DNA of 64,000 nt, from the NCBI GenBank assembly GCA_021802125.1, contig JAKAAX010000004.1, positions 4,560 through 68,559 on the forward strand. The letters are read 5' to 3'. Both the position numbers and the translations under genes were made by a program. The notes below the pieces were generated by a model. The model was not told where the DNA came from. It was given only the letters and a program-made list of their open reading frames with translations, and did not search any database. Positions 19,539-28,874 of the stretch are shown here, piece by piece. Origin of the DNA: Thermoplasmata archaeon. Its GTDB lineage: Archaea > Thermoplasmatota > Thermoplasmata > Lutacidiplasmatales > UBA184. Position 1 is the first letter of the stretch. Each line of letters opens with the position of its first letter.

Positions 19539-20294
19539 TCAACGAGCGGGGGGCACCAGTCCGCGCAAGCGCTGCTGCGCTTCCTCGATGGTCCTTTCGA
19601 ACTCGATGGGGCGAGGCACCCCGGGCCACTCTTCGTTGCCCATGGCCTGGCGGTTGCCCCCGAACTCGGCGCTGATCCGGACCGTGCCGTATCTGAAGAG
19701 CCTCTGCCAGATCTTCTGGCTAACGTCCACCCCACGCACCTGAAGGAGCTGGACCTCGTCGTAGTCCCTGCCCAGGATCCCGCTCTGGCGGATGACCCGG
19801 GTGCTGGTCACGACGTACACCGTGCTGGCGTAGTGCAGCCAGCGTACGCCGAAGTAAAGGATCCCGATGATGAGCAGAACGACCGCCGTGATCTCGTACG
19901 CGCTGACGAGTGACGCGCTGGGGTTGGATTGGGACAGGGGGCCCGGGAGCGCCGGGACGAACCCGAGGGCGGCCGCGTTCGTCGCCGACTTGAGGATCAT
20001 GAGGTCGAGCACGACGATCACCGCAAGGACCAGCGTGGGGACCGGCAGGTAGGTCCATCGCGTGGGACGGGTCTCCCAGAGCAGCTTCTCGCCCTGGGTC
20101 ATGTACGTCGCTCGCAGGAAACGAGGGAACTTCGTGTCGAGAGATACCGACGGTCGGGGGATATCCGGGATCACCGGCGGAGGAGGGACCGCCGAGGGGC
20201 CGATATCTCCGGTAGGGGTTCGGGCGGAAGAGGAGCTCCCCACTCCCGGGCCCGGAGGCAGACCCTGAGACCCTTGCGGACTCGGTGTCGACAT
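19539..20294 (-). CDS. Membrane protein with bacterial PH (bPH_2) domain
   Basis: GEKLLWETRP, two TM helices, YVVTSTRVIRQSGIL, VSQ..WQRLFRYGTVRI. Confidence 0.8.
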   Translation of the reverse strand: MSTPSPQGSQGLPPGPGVGSSSSARTPTGDIGPSAVPPPPVIPDIPRPSVSLDTKFPRFLRATYMTQGEKLLWETRPTRWTYLPVPTLVLAVIVVLDLMILKSATNAAALGFVPALPGPLSQSNPSASLVSAYEITAVVLLIIGILYFGVRWLHYASTVYVVTSTRVIRQSGILGRDYDEVQLLQVRGVDVSQKIWQRLFRYGTVRISAEFGGNRQAMGNEEWPGVPRPIEFERTIEEAQQRLRGLVPPAR

Positions 20295-20417
20295 GTTCTC
20301 TCAGATGGAGAACTCTCCGCTTTATACCTAGGTGGTGGACCCGGGGCGGCGGTCGGGGCCCCCTGACCGCACGCGCACTCCTCGGCTTCAAATGCGAGGG
20401 GGGGTCCCAGGGTCCGG

Positions 20418-21272
20418 ATGGGGATCACCGACTGCCACGTGCACATCAACCCCGTCTGGGAGATGCTGCCCGTGGCTCGTGCCACCATCTCTGACCACCA
20501 TCAGGACTTCCAGCAGATCGAACGCTACCTTCGCGAGCCCGAGCTCTTCCTCGCCTACATGGACCGCTGCGGGGTCGAGCGGTCGGTGCTCATCAATTAC
20601 GTGAGCCCCGAGGTCATCGGCTACACGGAGAAGGCCAACGACTTCGTGGCCGACTACGTGAGGACCGACCCCAAGCGGCTCGTGGCGGTGGGGTCCGTCC
20701 ATCCCCGACGCCATACCGACCCGTTGCGCGCGATCTGGGAGCTTCGGGAGAAAGGCATCCGGGGGATCAAGCTGCACCCCTCGCATCAACTGTTCGCCCC
20801 GAACGAGTACACTCCGGACCGCGGGAACAACACGCAGCTCGGAGCCATCTACCGCGCGTGCGAGGAGCACCGGCTCCCGGTCATCTTCCACACCGGGACC
20901 TCGATCTTCCCTGGCGCAAGGAATCGGTACGCCCAGCCGATCCTTGTGGAGGACGTGGCGATCGACTACCCCGACCTCACGATCGTCCTCGCGCACGGGG
21001 GACGTCCGTTCTGGACGGAAGAGGCGATGTTCCTCACCCGACGCTTCAAGAACGTCTACCTCGAGGTCTCGGGGGTCCCCCCCGAGAAGCTGCTCAGCTA
21101 CTTCCCCGACCTGGAGCGGCTTTCGGACCGGGTCATCTTCGGGAGCGACTGGCCAGGGCCGGGGGTCAAGGACGTGGCGGACAACCTCGCGCGGTTCGCG
21201 AAGAGCGGCCTTTCGGCAGAGACCCGGGAGCGCATCCTCACGCACAACGCGGAGCGGGTCTTCCCGCGGTGA
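20418..21272 (+). CDS. Amidohydrolase family 2 protein
   Basis: DCHVH, GIKLHP, PVIFHTG, IVLAHGG, IFGSDWP, ILTHNAERV. Confidence 0.92.
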   Translation: MGITDCHVHINPVWEMLPVARATISDHHQDFQQIERYLREPELFLAYMDRCGVERSVLINYVSPEVIGYTEKANDFVADYVRTDPKRLVAVGSVHPRRHTDPLRAIWELREKGIRGIKLHPSHQLFAPNEYTPDRGNNTQLGAIYRACEEHRLPVIFHTGTSIFPGARNRYAQPILVEDVAIDYPDLTIVLAHGGRPFWTEEAMFLTRRFKNVYLEVSGVPPEKLLSYFPDLERLSDRVIFGSDWPGPGVKDVADNLARFAKSGLSAETRERILTHNAERVFPR

Positions 21273-21310
21273 GCCCCGCTTGAAATAGTCCGGCTCTTCT
21301 CGGAGCCCTC

Positions 21311-21787
21311 GTGCAGGACGGAGCACCCCCCCAGAAGGTGGCTCCACCCCCGGACGGCGAGGAGCCGGAAGACGGGGAGGAGGAGCCCTCAGATGCCCCG
21401 GCTGCGCCCGCGCCTGGGGCCGGCCAGAAGGTCATCGACGCGGGGGAGGAGATCGGTCGTCTTCCGCTTCCCCGACGCGACCGAGGGGAGATCTACGCGG
21501 TCTCGAACCAGCTCCTAGGCGCCGCCCGCATCCGGGTGATGTGCGAGGACAACGTCTCGAGGATGGGACGGATCACCGGCAAGATGAAGAAGAAAATGTG
21601 GGTTCGTGAGGGCGACCTTCTCATCGTCCGGCCCTGGGGCTTCCAGGAAGGGAAGTCCGACATCATCTTCCGGTACAGCCGAACGCAGTCGAACTACCTC
21701 TCACGCCACAAGATGCTACCCGCCTCCGTGGACTTCTTTGGCGGGGACCTCCCGCCGGAACCGGAACGGCCCCGACGGAGACGATAG
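21311..21787 (+). CDS. eif1a: Translation initiation factor aIF-1A
   Basis: QLLGAARIRVMCEDNVSRMGRITGKMKKKMWVREGDLLIVRPW..Q..K.DIIFRY. Confidence 0.93.
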   Translation: MQDGAPPQKVAPPPDGEEPEDGEEEPSDAPAAPAPGAGQKVIDAGEEIGRLPLPRRDRGEIYAVSNQLLGAARIRVMCEDNVSRMGRITGKMKKKMWVREGDLLIVRPWGFQEGKSDIIFRYSRTQSNYLSRHKMLPASVDFFGGDLPPEPERPRRRR

Positions 21788-21795
21788 GTCCGACG

Positions 21796-23337
21796 ATGGC
21801 CGCACGACCCCTGGACCCCAGGGAGGTCCAGGTCCTCGAGGCCAACGCGGTGGCCCGGGGAGTCTCGATCGACCAACTGATGGACAACGCTGGCCACGCC
21901 GTTGCCGCCGAGGCGAGCCGCCACCTGCCGCCTCCTCCTGCCGCCGTCGGGATCGTCTGCGGACTGGGGAACAACGGAGGAGATGGGCTGGCCGCAGCCT
22001 CCGTGCTCGCCTCGCAAGGTTACCAGCCCCGTATCTGGCTCATCGGAGAACCGGGCAAGCTGCGCACCGTCGCGGCCCGCCGGCGATGGGACCTGGTCTC
22101 GGGCCTTCGCTACGTGAAGGCGGGCGCCCCGACCGCCGCGGACCTTCGCGGCCTCCCCCTCGTCATTGACGCGATGTTGGGCACCGGGGGACGAGGTGCT
22201 CCCCGGGAGCCCTACCATTCCGCGATCGAGGAGATCGTCTCCTCAGGGGTCCCGGTGCTCTCGGTCGACCTTCCTACCGGGCTCGGCAGTACCTCCGTTC
22301 TCCGCGCGCGCTGGACCGTCGCGTTGGAGGTGCTCAAGGAGGGGATGGACGGACCGGCTTGTGGGGAGGTCACGGTGAGCTCGATCGGCATGCCTCCGGA
22401 GGCCCACCGCGAGACCGGAGTGGGAGAGATGGCGCTCTTCCCGGTCCCTTCCCCCGGGACGCGCAAGAGCGACTCGGGTCGCGTCGTGGTGGTCGGGGGA
22501 GGCCCGTACGCCGGCGCGCCTTTCCTCGCGGGGATGGGCGCCCTCCGAGCCGGCGCAGACATGGTGATCGTGCTTGTGCCGGGCGCGGTTGCGGACATCG
22601 TTCAAGGGTACTCCCCACAACTGATCGTTCGGGCGGTAGGACTCGGGGCGGAGTTCACTGAGGAGGACTCGACGGAGCTTGCGGAGCTCACCTCCAAGGC
22701 CCGACCCACCGCGGTCCTCGTGGGCAATGGCGTCGGCGAGTCCCCCGAGACCTTGGGAGGGCTCGAGAAGTTCCTTCAATGGGCCCTCCCGAGCTACCCC
22801 TGCGCGGTGGACGCGGATGGGTTGCGCGTCCTCTCGCACCGCGGCGGACGACCCTTCCCTGGGCAATCCGCGACCCGGCTGCTCCTCACCCCGAACCTGA
22901 GGGAGTTTGCCCATCTCGCTTCTCCCGAAGCTCGGGCGAGCGAAGCTCCCGGGGAGGAGGATGTGCGCCGAACCGCCGCCCGTTTGAGGGCGACGGTGCT
23001 GGTCAAGGGCGCGGTGGACGTGGTCTCGGACGGCGAAGAGACCAAGGTCAATCGGACCCACCATCCGGCGATGGTCGTCGGGGGAGCCGGCGACGTGCTG
23101 GCGGGAGTCACGACCTCGCTGCTCGCCAGGGGACTGTCCCCCTTCCAAGCCGGACGTCTCGCGACCTACTGGACGGGTCGGGCCGCCGTGGAGGCGTTCG
23201 AGCGGGTCTCCTACGGCCTACTTCCCTCCGACCTGCTCGATCAGCTCGGGCCTGCCTTGAGGCGTGGGCTCGAAGAATTGAGACGGATCTCCGACCCGGG
23301 CCGGCCGGTCTCCCCGTCCTCTTCTCCTCACGAGTAG
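21796..23337 (+). CDS. nnr: Bifunctional NAD(P)H-hydrate epimerase/dehydratase (YjeF)
   Basis: LMDNAG, CGLGNNGGDG, IDAMLGTG, SVDLPTG, GGPYAGAP, VDADGL, LTPNLREF, VGGAGDVLAG. Confidence 0.93.
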   Translation: MAARPLDPREVQVLEANAVARGVSIDQLMDNAGHAVAAEASRHLPPPPAAVGIVCGLGNNGGDGLAAASVLASQGYQPRIWLIGEPGKLRTVAARRRWDLVSGLRYVKAGAPTAADLRGLPLVIDAMLGTGGRGAPREPYHSAIEEIVSSGVPVLSVDLPTGLGSTSVLRARWTVALEVLKEGMDGPACGEVTVSSIGMPPEAHRETGVGEMALFPVPSPGTRKSDSGRVVVVGGGPYAGAPFLAGMGALRAGADMVIVLVPGAVADIVQGYSPQLIVRAVGLGAEFTEEDSTELAELTSKARPTAVLVGNGVGESPETLGGLEKFLQWALPSYPCAVDADGLRVLSHRGGRPFPGQSATRLLLTPNLREFAHLASPEARASEAPGEEDVRRTAARLRATVLVKGAVDVVSDGEETKVNRTHHPAMVVGGAGDVLAGVTTSLLARGLSPFQAGRLATYWTGRAAVEAFERVSYGLLPSDLLDQLGPALRRGLEELRRISDPGRPVSPSSSPHE

Positions 23338-23993
23338 CGCACGCGCCCCTGGATCTCCTGCGCGCGCTCCTCGACCTCGGCATGCCCCTGGGGGAACGCC
23401 GCGCGGTACCCGGCGAGGAACCGCGCGAAGAGAGGCTCCGCATCGGAGCAGAGCGTGTTCAGGTCCTCACGGACCAGGTGCAGGTCGACGCCGAGGGCTT
23501 CGAGGCTGGCGGCTCGCGCGCCCAGAGAGAGGTCCAGCAGGGCCACGTTGCCCTCGCAGGAGAGGACGTTCGACGCGGTGAGGTCGCCGTGCGAGATCCC
23601 TGCGCGGTGGAGCTGTCCCAGGGCGTGGCCCCATTGCTGGCACGCGGTCCCCCGGGTGGCCTCCGTCCCCCCAGCCTCGGTGAGCACCGCGGCGAGGGTG
23701 GGTCCCTCGAGCTTCTCCAGCATGAGGGAGGAGGCCTCGAGGTCCACGTCGAGGACCACGGGGGTCCGAACCCCCGCGCGTCGGGCATCCCGCAGCAAGC
23801 GCACCTCGGTTCGTAGACGCTCGCCCCTCAGGCGGCGGTCCAGGGCGGGGTGTCGGTAGCGCTTGACCGGACGGGTCTTCCTCACGCACGAGAGCCCGAG
23901 GAAGGTCTCCTCTCCGACGACCGCCTCGGCGCCTTCCGCTTGGACGACCAAGGGTCCTACCTCCGGGCGAAGTTCAGGGGGCGGGGTGGCCAT
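23328..23993 (-). CDS. bud32: KEOPS complex kinase/ATPase Bud32
   Basis: GAEAVV, K.R..KRYRHPALDRRLR.ER, GV.TP, HGDLTASNV, GVDLHLV, EIQGRVRY. Confidence 0.9.
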   Translation of the reverse strand: MATPPPELRPEVGPLVVQAEGAEAVVGEETFLGLSCVRKTRPVKRYRHPALDRRLRGERLRTEVRLLRDARRAGVRTPVVLDVDLEASSLMLEKLEGPTLAAVLTEAGGTEATRGTACQQWGHALGQLHRAGISHGDLTASNVLSCEGNVALLDLSLGARAASLEALGVDLHLVREDLNTLCSDAEPLFARFLAGYRAAFPQGHAEVEERAQEIQGRVRYS

Positions 23994-24867
23994 TCCCTTG
24001 GCGGTGCTTCTCGACCCTGAGGATCGCCTCGCGGGCGATCCGGGCGGCCAGAGCGCTGGTGTTGCCCTGGTCCCAGGGCGGGGAGACCTCCATGATGTCG
24101 AGGCCGACCAGGCGGTCGGCGGTAGTGTCGATGATGGTCTTCACATCGAAGGGGGAGAGGCCGAACGGCTCGGGGGTCCCGGTGGCCGGAGCGTAGGCGG
24201 GGTCGATGCCGTCAATGTCGAGCGAGATGTAGACCTTCTCGGTACCGAGGTGCTCGACCGCCTTCCGGAGGACCGCGGCGACCCCCTGTTCATGGATGTC
24301 GTAGCTCGAGTAGTAGCGCATGCCGATCCGGTCGTTGTCCTGCTTCTCCTCCCGGCACATGGACCGGACCCCGAGGACGACCAGGTGCTTCGCACCGAGG
24401 TGCTCGACCATGCGGCGGGCGGAGCATGCGTGGCTGCGTCGGTCCCCCAGGTAGACCTCCCGGAAGTCGAGGTGAGCGTCCAGGTAGAGCACTCCGACGG
24501 ACTCGTTCTTCTTCAGGGCCTCGACCACCGGGGCGGCGCAGGCATGGTCCCCCCCGAACGTGATGACGAACTTCTCCTCCTCCCAGAGGGGAGCCACGAC
24601 CTCGCGGACCCCCTTCGCCATGTCCTCCGCGTTGCCAAACTCCTCCGTGTTCCCCATGTCGTGGATCGGCACCTCGGAGAGGTCGATCCCGGTCTCGAAG
24701 TTGTAGGTCTCGAAGTTCCACGAGTGCTGCCGGATCGCGTCAGGTCCGAACCGGGCCCCCGGTCGGAACGAAGTGGTCCGGTCGAACGGGACCCCCAGGA
24801 CCACGTAGCGGGCTTCCTTGAGGTCGGCGTTCGCGTCCGCGAAGGTCGGAAGCTGCATGGCGGTCAT
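23974..24867 (-). CDS. speB: Agmatinase
   Basis: GVPFDRTTSFRPGARFGP, GGDH, LDAHLD, SLDIDGIDPAYAPATGTPEPFGL. Confidence 0.93.
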   Translation of the reverse strand: MTAMQLPTFADANADLKEARYVVLGVPFDRTTSFRPGARFGPDAIRQHSWNFETYNFETGIDLSEVPIHDMGNTEEFGNAEDMAKGVREVVAPLWEEEKFVITFGGDHACAAPVVEALKKNESVGVLYLDAHLDFREVYLGDRRSHACSARRMVEHLGAKHLVVLGVRSMCREEKQDNDRIGMRYYSSYDIHEQGVAAVLRKAVEHLGTEKVYISLDIDGIDPAYAPATGTPEPFGLSPFDVKTIIDTTADRLVGLDIMEVSPPWDQGNTSALAARIAREAILRVEKHRQGNGHPAP

Positions 24868-24982
24868 CGACGGACGTCGGCCACGCCGGGCACCCTATAA
24901 GCCTCCGCCGACCGAGGGCTTCCGTCCCCGTACCCGAACGGAAGCGGAACCGGCGAGAGTACGTCGTGGCTCTCGCCCAACT

Positions 24983-26314
24983 TCACGGCATGGAGGTCAC
25001 GATGGCCATGACCACCGTGTCGGAAGCGACCTGCGTGGGGAGGGCGATCCCCGCGAGAAGGTCTGCCTCCGCGAAGTATGCTTCGAGGTAGTTCTGCGTC
25101 GCGTTCACCGCGTCGTAGATCGTCCCGTGGCCCGAGCTCAGGTTCTGCTCGACCTCCGCGGGAGAGAGACCTGTCCCGCTCGCGTTCAGCAGCAGTTGCG
25201 GGTTCTGAAGGGTCCCTAGATGGTAGGCCACGCCCCCGACGACGAGGAAGGGTATCCCTCCCGTCGTGTCGTAGGTGGACACATAGCTGACCTCCGGGAG
25301 TGCGACCGAGGGGATCGAGATCTGTTGATTGTTGGTCCCGACAATGGGGTCCCACGAGAGGATGGGGCTCATGGACCCGGCGCCGGCGAGGTCGATCCCG
25401 GGTGTCCCGGGATAGATGTCGGTGGGAGAGGAGGTGGTGTACTGACTTCCCACCCCGATGCCGAATGCCGTCAAGGCCCGGGCGAGCGCCCAGCTCGACG
25501 CGTCACAGTACGGGCAGGCGTTCGAGCCCAGGAAGAACACGACAGGTCTCCCCTGGTCCATGAAGGGTTCGCACGTCGCGTTCCCGTGCACATTCCACCC
25601 GGCATCGCCCGCTACGGAAGGTCCGGTCGAGAAGCTGCTGACGGGGGCCAACGAACATGAGGCCGTCAGCGGCGTGGGGGTCCGGGTAGCTCCCAGGTAA
25701 TGCCAACCGACGAGTCCGACCGCCAGCCCGGAGGCGAGGATGACCGCGCCGATCGTCAGAATGGCCAGGCTCCTGTGGGCGGGGGATGACAGGCCTCCGA
25801 AGGGCCGCGAGGGCGATGAAGCGCGGCCCCTACGCCGCAGGATCGAGGTACCTGGCACTCCCGCCGCAGCTCCTAAAGTGGGGGTGGTGTCCACGTGCCC
25901 CAGGTGCGAGGCGAGGCTCGTCACCGGTCCCAGGAGGAGGACCGGAAGCAGGGCCCCCGTTCCTCGGCGATCCGCTTGGCGGTGCAGGATCCTTAGCCGC
26001 GTGCCCGCCGGGACGGGCGAGAGCTCGAACACCACGTTCTCGGGGTCCCCCCGGTCAGGCGTCCACTGAAGCTCGAGGCGTCGGGTCGGCAGGCTCTCCA
26101 GGACCGTTCCCCTGACGTGCTGGCGGCGACCGGACTCATCTTGGACCTCGAGGTCGAGGTGCCCCGCAGGTCTCAGCTCGAGAATACCTGGGCCCAACCA
26201 TCGGGACCGAAGAGCGGGATCGACAAGGTAATTCCAGACCACCTCGGGAGGCGCGGGCAGAACGCGGTCGATCTCGACCGCCCCTCCCTCCAACTCGGGA
26301 GCCCCGGCGCTCAT
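24983..26314 (-). CDS. SRPBCC/AHA1-like domain fused via a TM helix to a DUF929-like thioredoxin-fold domain (CPYC)
   Basis: IDRVLPAPPEVVWNYLVDP..RSRW, PTRRLELQW, V.FEL..AGTRLRILH; TM; GRPVVFFLGSNACPYCDASSW; GGIPF; ATGA overlap with the ArsR gene. Confidence 0.8.
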   Translation of the reverse strand: MSAGAPELEGGAVEIDRVLPAPPEVVWNYLVDPALRSRWLGPGILELRPAGHLDLEVQDESGRRQHVRGTVLESLPTRRLELQWTPDRGDPENVVFELSPVPAGTRLRILHRQADRRGTGALLPVLLLGPVTSLASHLGHVDTTPTLGAAAGVPGTSILRRRGRASSPSRPFGGLSSPAHRSLAILTIGAVILASGLAVGLVGWHYLGATRTPTPLTASCSLAPVSSFSTGPSVAGDAGWNVHGNATCEPFMDQGRPVVFFLGSNACPYCDASSWALARALTAFGIGVGSQYTTSSPTDIYPGTPGIDLAGAGSMSPILSWDPIVGTNNQQISIPSVALPEVSYVSTYDTTGGIPFLVVGGVAYHLGTLQNPQLLLNASGTGLSPAEVEQNLSSGHGTIYDAVNATQNYLEAYFAEADLLAGIALPTQVASDTVVMAIVTSMP

Positions 26315-26643
26315 GACGCGGTCCCTCCTTTGGGCAGGCGCTTTTTGAGCTCGCGCTCCAGAGCACGCACCCTGCGGTTCCAGGACCCGCGGGTACGGTC
26401 CAACCACTCCTCGGTCTCCCGCAGTCCGTCAGGGTTCAGCTGGTAGACGCGACGTTGCGCCTCGGCGCGCACGGAGACGAGGCCCGCCTCCCTCAGCCTT
26501 CGCAGATGCTGGGAGACCGCCGGCTGGCTGAGCTGAAAGGTCCGGACAATCTCACCTGCGGACCTCTCACGTTCGGCCAGGAGCTCCATGATCCGTCGCC
26601 GGGTCGGGTCCGCTAGCGTTTCGAAGGCCAGCACAGCCATCAT
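26311..26643 (-). CDS. ArsR/SmtB family transcriptional regulator
   Basis: FETLADPTRRRIMELL, LSQPAVSQHLRRLREAGLV, QRRVYQL; type usually paired with SRPBCC genes. Confidence 0.93.
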   Translation of the reverse strand: MMAVLAFETLADPTRRRIMELLAERERSAGEIVRTFQLSQPAVSQHLRRLREAGLVSVRAEAQRRVYQLNPDGLRETEEWLDRTRGSWNRRVRALERELKKRLPKGGTAS

Positions 26644-26653
26644 AATGCTACGC

Positions 26654-26677
26654 GAATATAAGTGGATTTGGATATTC
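26654..26677. promoter_or_regulatory. Inverted repeat GAATAT-N12-ATATTC in the AT-rich divergent promoter region; candidate ArsR operator
   Basis: gaatataagtggatttggatattc lies about 10 nt upstream of the ArsR start. Confidence 0.5.
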
Positions 26678-26754
26678 TACTGCCGCCCGTCCGCCCAAGG
26701 GGTCGGTTTTTAATGCCCGCTTCCGTGCCTCGCCCCCGAGGCCAGGTGCGCACC

Positions 26755-27555
26755 ATGACGTACGAACACGTGAACGTGAAGAAGGAAGAGGACGGCGTCG
26801 TCATCCTCTCGCTCAAGAATCCCCCGATGAACGCGCTCTCGACCATCCTCGTCAAGGAGCTCGGAGAGGCGGTGGCGGAGATCGGGAAGGACCGGAGCAA
26901 CCGCGCGGTCGTGCTCACCGGCGAGGGCCAGTACTTCTGCGTCGGCGCCGACGTGAAGGAGATGGCGGCCATGGCCATGTCGGGCAGCTTCCTCGAGGAG
27001 GCCCCCAAGATCGTCGCCAAGGGCCACGAGGTCTTCTCCTCGCTCGAGGCGCTCCCTCAGCCGGTCATCGCCGCCCTCAACGGGATGGCGCTTGGCGGCG
27101 GGCTGGAGCTCGCCATGTCCGCCGACATCCGGATCGCCGGGGACTCGACCAAGCTCGGCGCGCCGGAGGTCACCCTCGGACTCATCCCCGCCTACGGGGG
27201 CACCCAGCGTCTGCCTAAGCTCGTGGGGCTCGCGAAGGCCAACGAGCTCATCCTCACGGGGAGCATGATCCCGGGGCCTGAGGCCCTCAAGATCGGGCTC
27301 GTGAACAAGGTCGTGCCCGCTGGACAGGAGCTCCGGGCGGCGCGCGACCTCGCGCACACCATCGGAGCGAAGTGCTCTCCCCCCGCCGTGTCCGCCGCGA
27401 AGGCCTCCATCCGTCAGGGGCTCGCCAAGTCCCTCACGGAGGGCTTGAAGGGCGAGGCCGAGATCTTCCAGAAGCAGGTCCTCACCTCCGAGGACCTGGC
27501 CGAAGGCATCACCGCGTTCAGCGAGAAGCGCCCGCCCAAGTACAAGGGCAGGTAG
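26755..27555 (+). CDS. Enoyl-CoA hydratase/isomerase
   Basis: NPPMNAL, FCVGADVKE, PVIAALNGMALGGGLELA, PEVTLGLIP..GGTQRL, AFSEKRPP. Confidence 0.93.
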   Translation: MTYEHVNVKKEEDGVVILSLKNPPMNALSTILVKELGEAVAEIGKDRSNRAVVLTGEGQYFCVGADVKEMAAMAMSGSFLEEAPKIVAKGHEVFSSLEALPQPVIAALNGMALGGGLELAMSADIRIAGDSTKLGAPEVTLGLIPAYGGTQRLPKLVGLAKANELILTGSMIPGPEALKIGLVNKVVPAGQELRAARDLAHTIGAKCSPPAVSAAKASIRQGLAKSLTEGLKGEAEIFQKQVLTSEDLAEGITAFSEKRPPKYKGR

Positions 27556-27578
27556 GTCCTCGCGAGAGGGACGAGATC

Positions 27579-28820
27579 ATGGCGACAGCTCAAGAGGCGA
27601 CGATGGAGCACGGCGCGCCGACCATCCAGATGAAGTTCACGGAGGAGCAGAACGCTCTCCGCGAGACCGTCGCGAAGTTCGCCGAAGAGGAGATGGCTCC
27701 CATCCTGGAGGAGATGGACGAGAAGGAGGAGTTCCCGCAGAAGACGGTCCAGCGGATGAAGGAACTCGGGTTCTTCGGCGTCCCCATCCCCGAGGAGTAC
27801 GGGGGCCTGGGGATGGGCAAGGTCGGCTACTGCATCATGCTCGAGGAGCTGTCGAAGTTCGACGCCTCCCACCCGGCCATCCTGGGCGCTCACACCTCGC
27901 TGGGGATGACCCCGCTCCACTACTACGGGACCGAGGAGCAGAAGCAGAAGTTCCTGGTTCCGGCCGCGAAGGGGGAGAAACTGATGGGCTTCTCCCTCAC
28001 CGAGCCGCACAGCGGCTCCGACTCCGGCTCGTTGAAGACCGAGGCGAAGGCCGAGGGCGACTACTGGATCCTCAACGGAAACAAGATCTACGTCACCAAC
28101 GGGAAGGAGGCCGACCAGATCGTCGTGATGGCGGCGAACGACCTCAAGCTCGGTTCGAACGGCGGGATCTCCGCCTTCCTCGTCGAGAAGGGGATGAAGG
28201 GGTTCCGCCTCGGGCGGTGCGAGAAGAAGATGGGGCTGCACGGCACCAGCACCGCGGAGCTCATCTTCGAGAACTGCGCCGTTCCGAAGGAGAACATCAT
28301 CGGCGGGGTGGGGCGCGGATTCTACGTCGCCATGACCGCGCTCGACGTCGGCCGGGTCTCCCTGGGCGCAGGGTCCTGCGGAGGCATCTGGGGTGCGCTC
28401 AACGTCTCGCTCAACTACGCCAACAACCGGATGCAGTTCGACGCCCCGATCGTTCAGTACCAGGCGATCCAGTTCAAGCTCGCCGACATGGCGATGCACC
28501 TGCACGCGCTCCGGACGATGGTCTACCAGGCGGCAGCGTTCCAGGACGGATTGGGCTACGACCCGACGAAGTGGCCTCGCTCGGACCGGCTGAAGAAGTC
28601 GCGGGACAGCGCAGTGATCAAGTGCCTCGGGAGCGAGTGGGCCTCCAAGGCGGTCAACGACGCGCTCCAGATCCACGGCGGGATCGGCTACATCCGCGGG
28701 ACGCCCATCGAGCGCGCCTACCGTGACGCGCGGATCAGCGAGATCTTCGAGGGGACCAACGAGGTCCAGCGGATGATCATCGCTGGGGACCTGATCGGTC
28801 GCGGCGGCTTCGTTCCGTAG
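27579..28820 (+). CDS. Acyl-CoA dehydrogenase
   Basis: FSLTEPHSGSD, LNGNKIYVTN, KMGLHGTST, QIHGGIGY, IFEGTNEVQR. Confidence 0.95.
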   Translation: MATAQEATMEHGAPTIQMKFTEEQNALRETVAKFAEEEMAPILEEMDEKEEFPQKTVQRMKELGFFGVPIPEEYGGLGMGKVGYCIMLEELSKFDASHPAILGAHTSLGMTPLHYYGTEEQKQKFLVPAAKGEKLMGFSLTEPHSGSDSGSLKTEAKAEGDYWILNGNKIYVTNGKEADQIVVMAANDLKLGSNGGISAFLVEKGMKGFRLGRCEKKMGLHGTSTAELIFENCAVPKENIIGGVGRGFYVAMTALDVGRVSLGAGSCGGIWGALNVSLNYANNRMQFDAPIVQYQAIQFKLADMAMHLHALRTMVYQAAAFQDGLGYDPTKWPRSDRLKKSRDSAVIKCLGSEWASKAVNDALQIHGGIGYIRGTPIERAYRDARISEIFEGTNEVQRMIIAGDLIGRGGFVP

Positions 28821-28874
28821 GGTGGGGAGCGGCGAACGCTCCCTCCCCTCCCCTTCCGAACGCCGACTTCGAGG

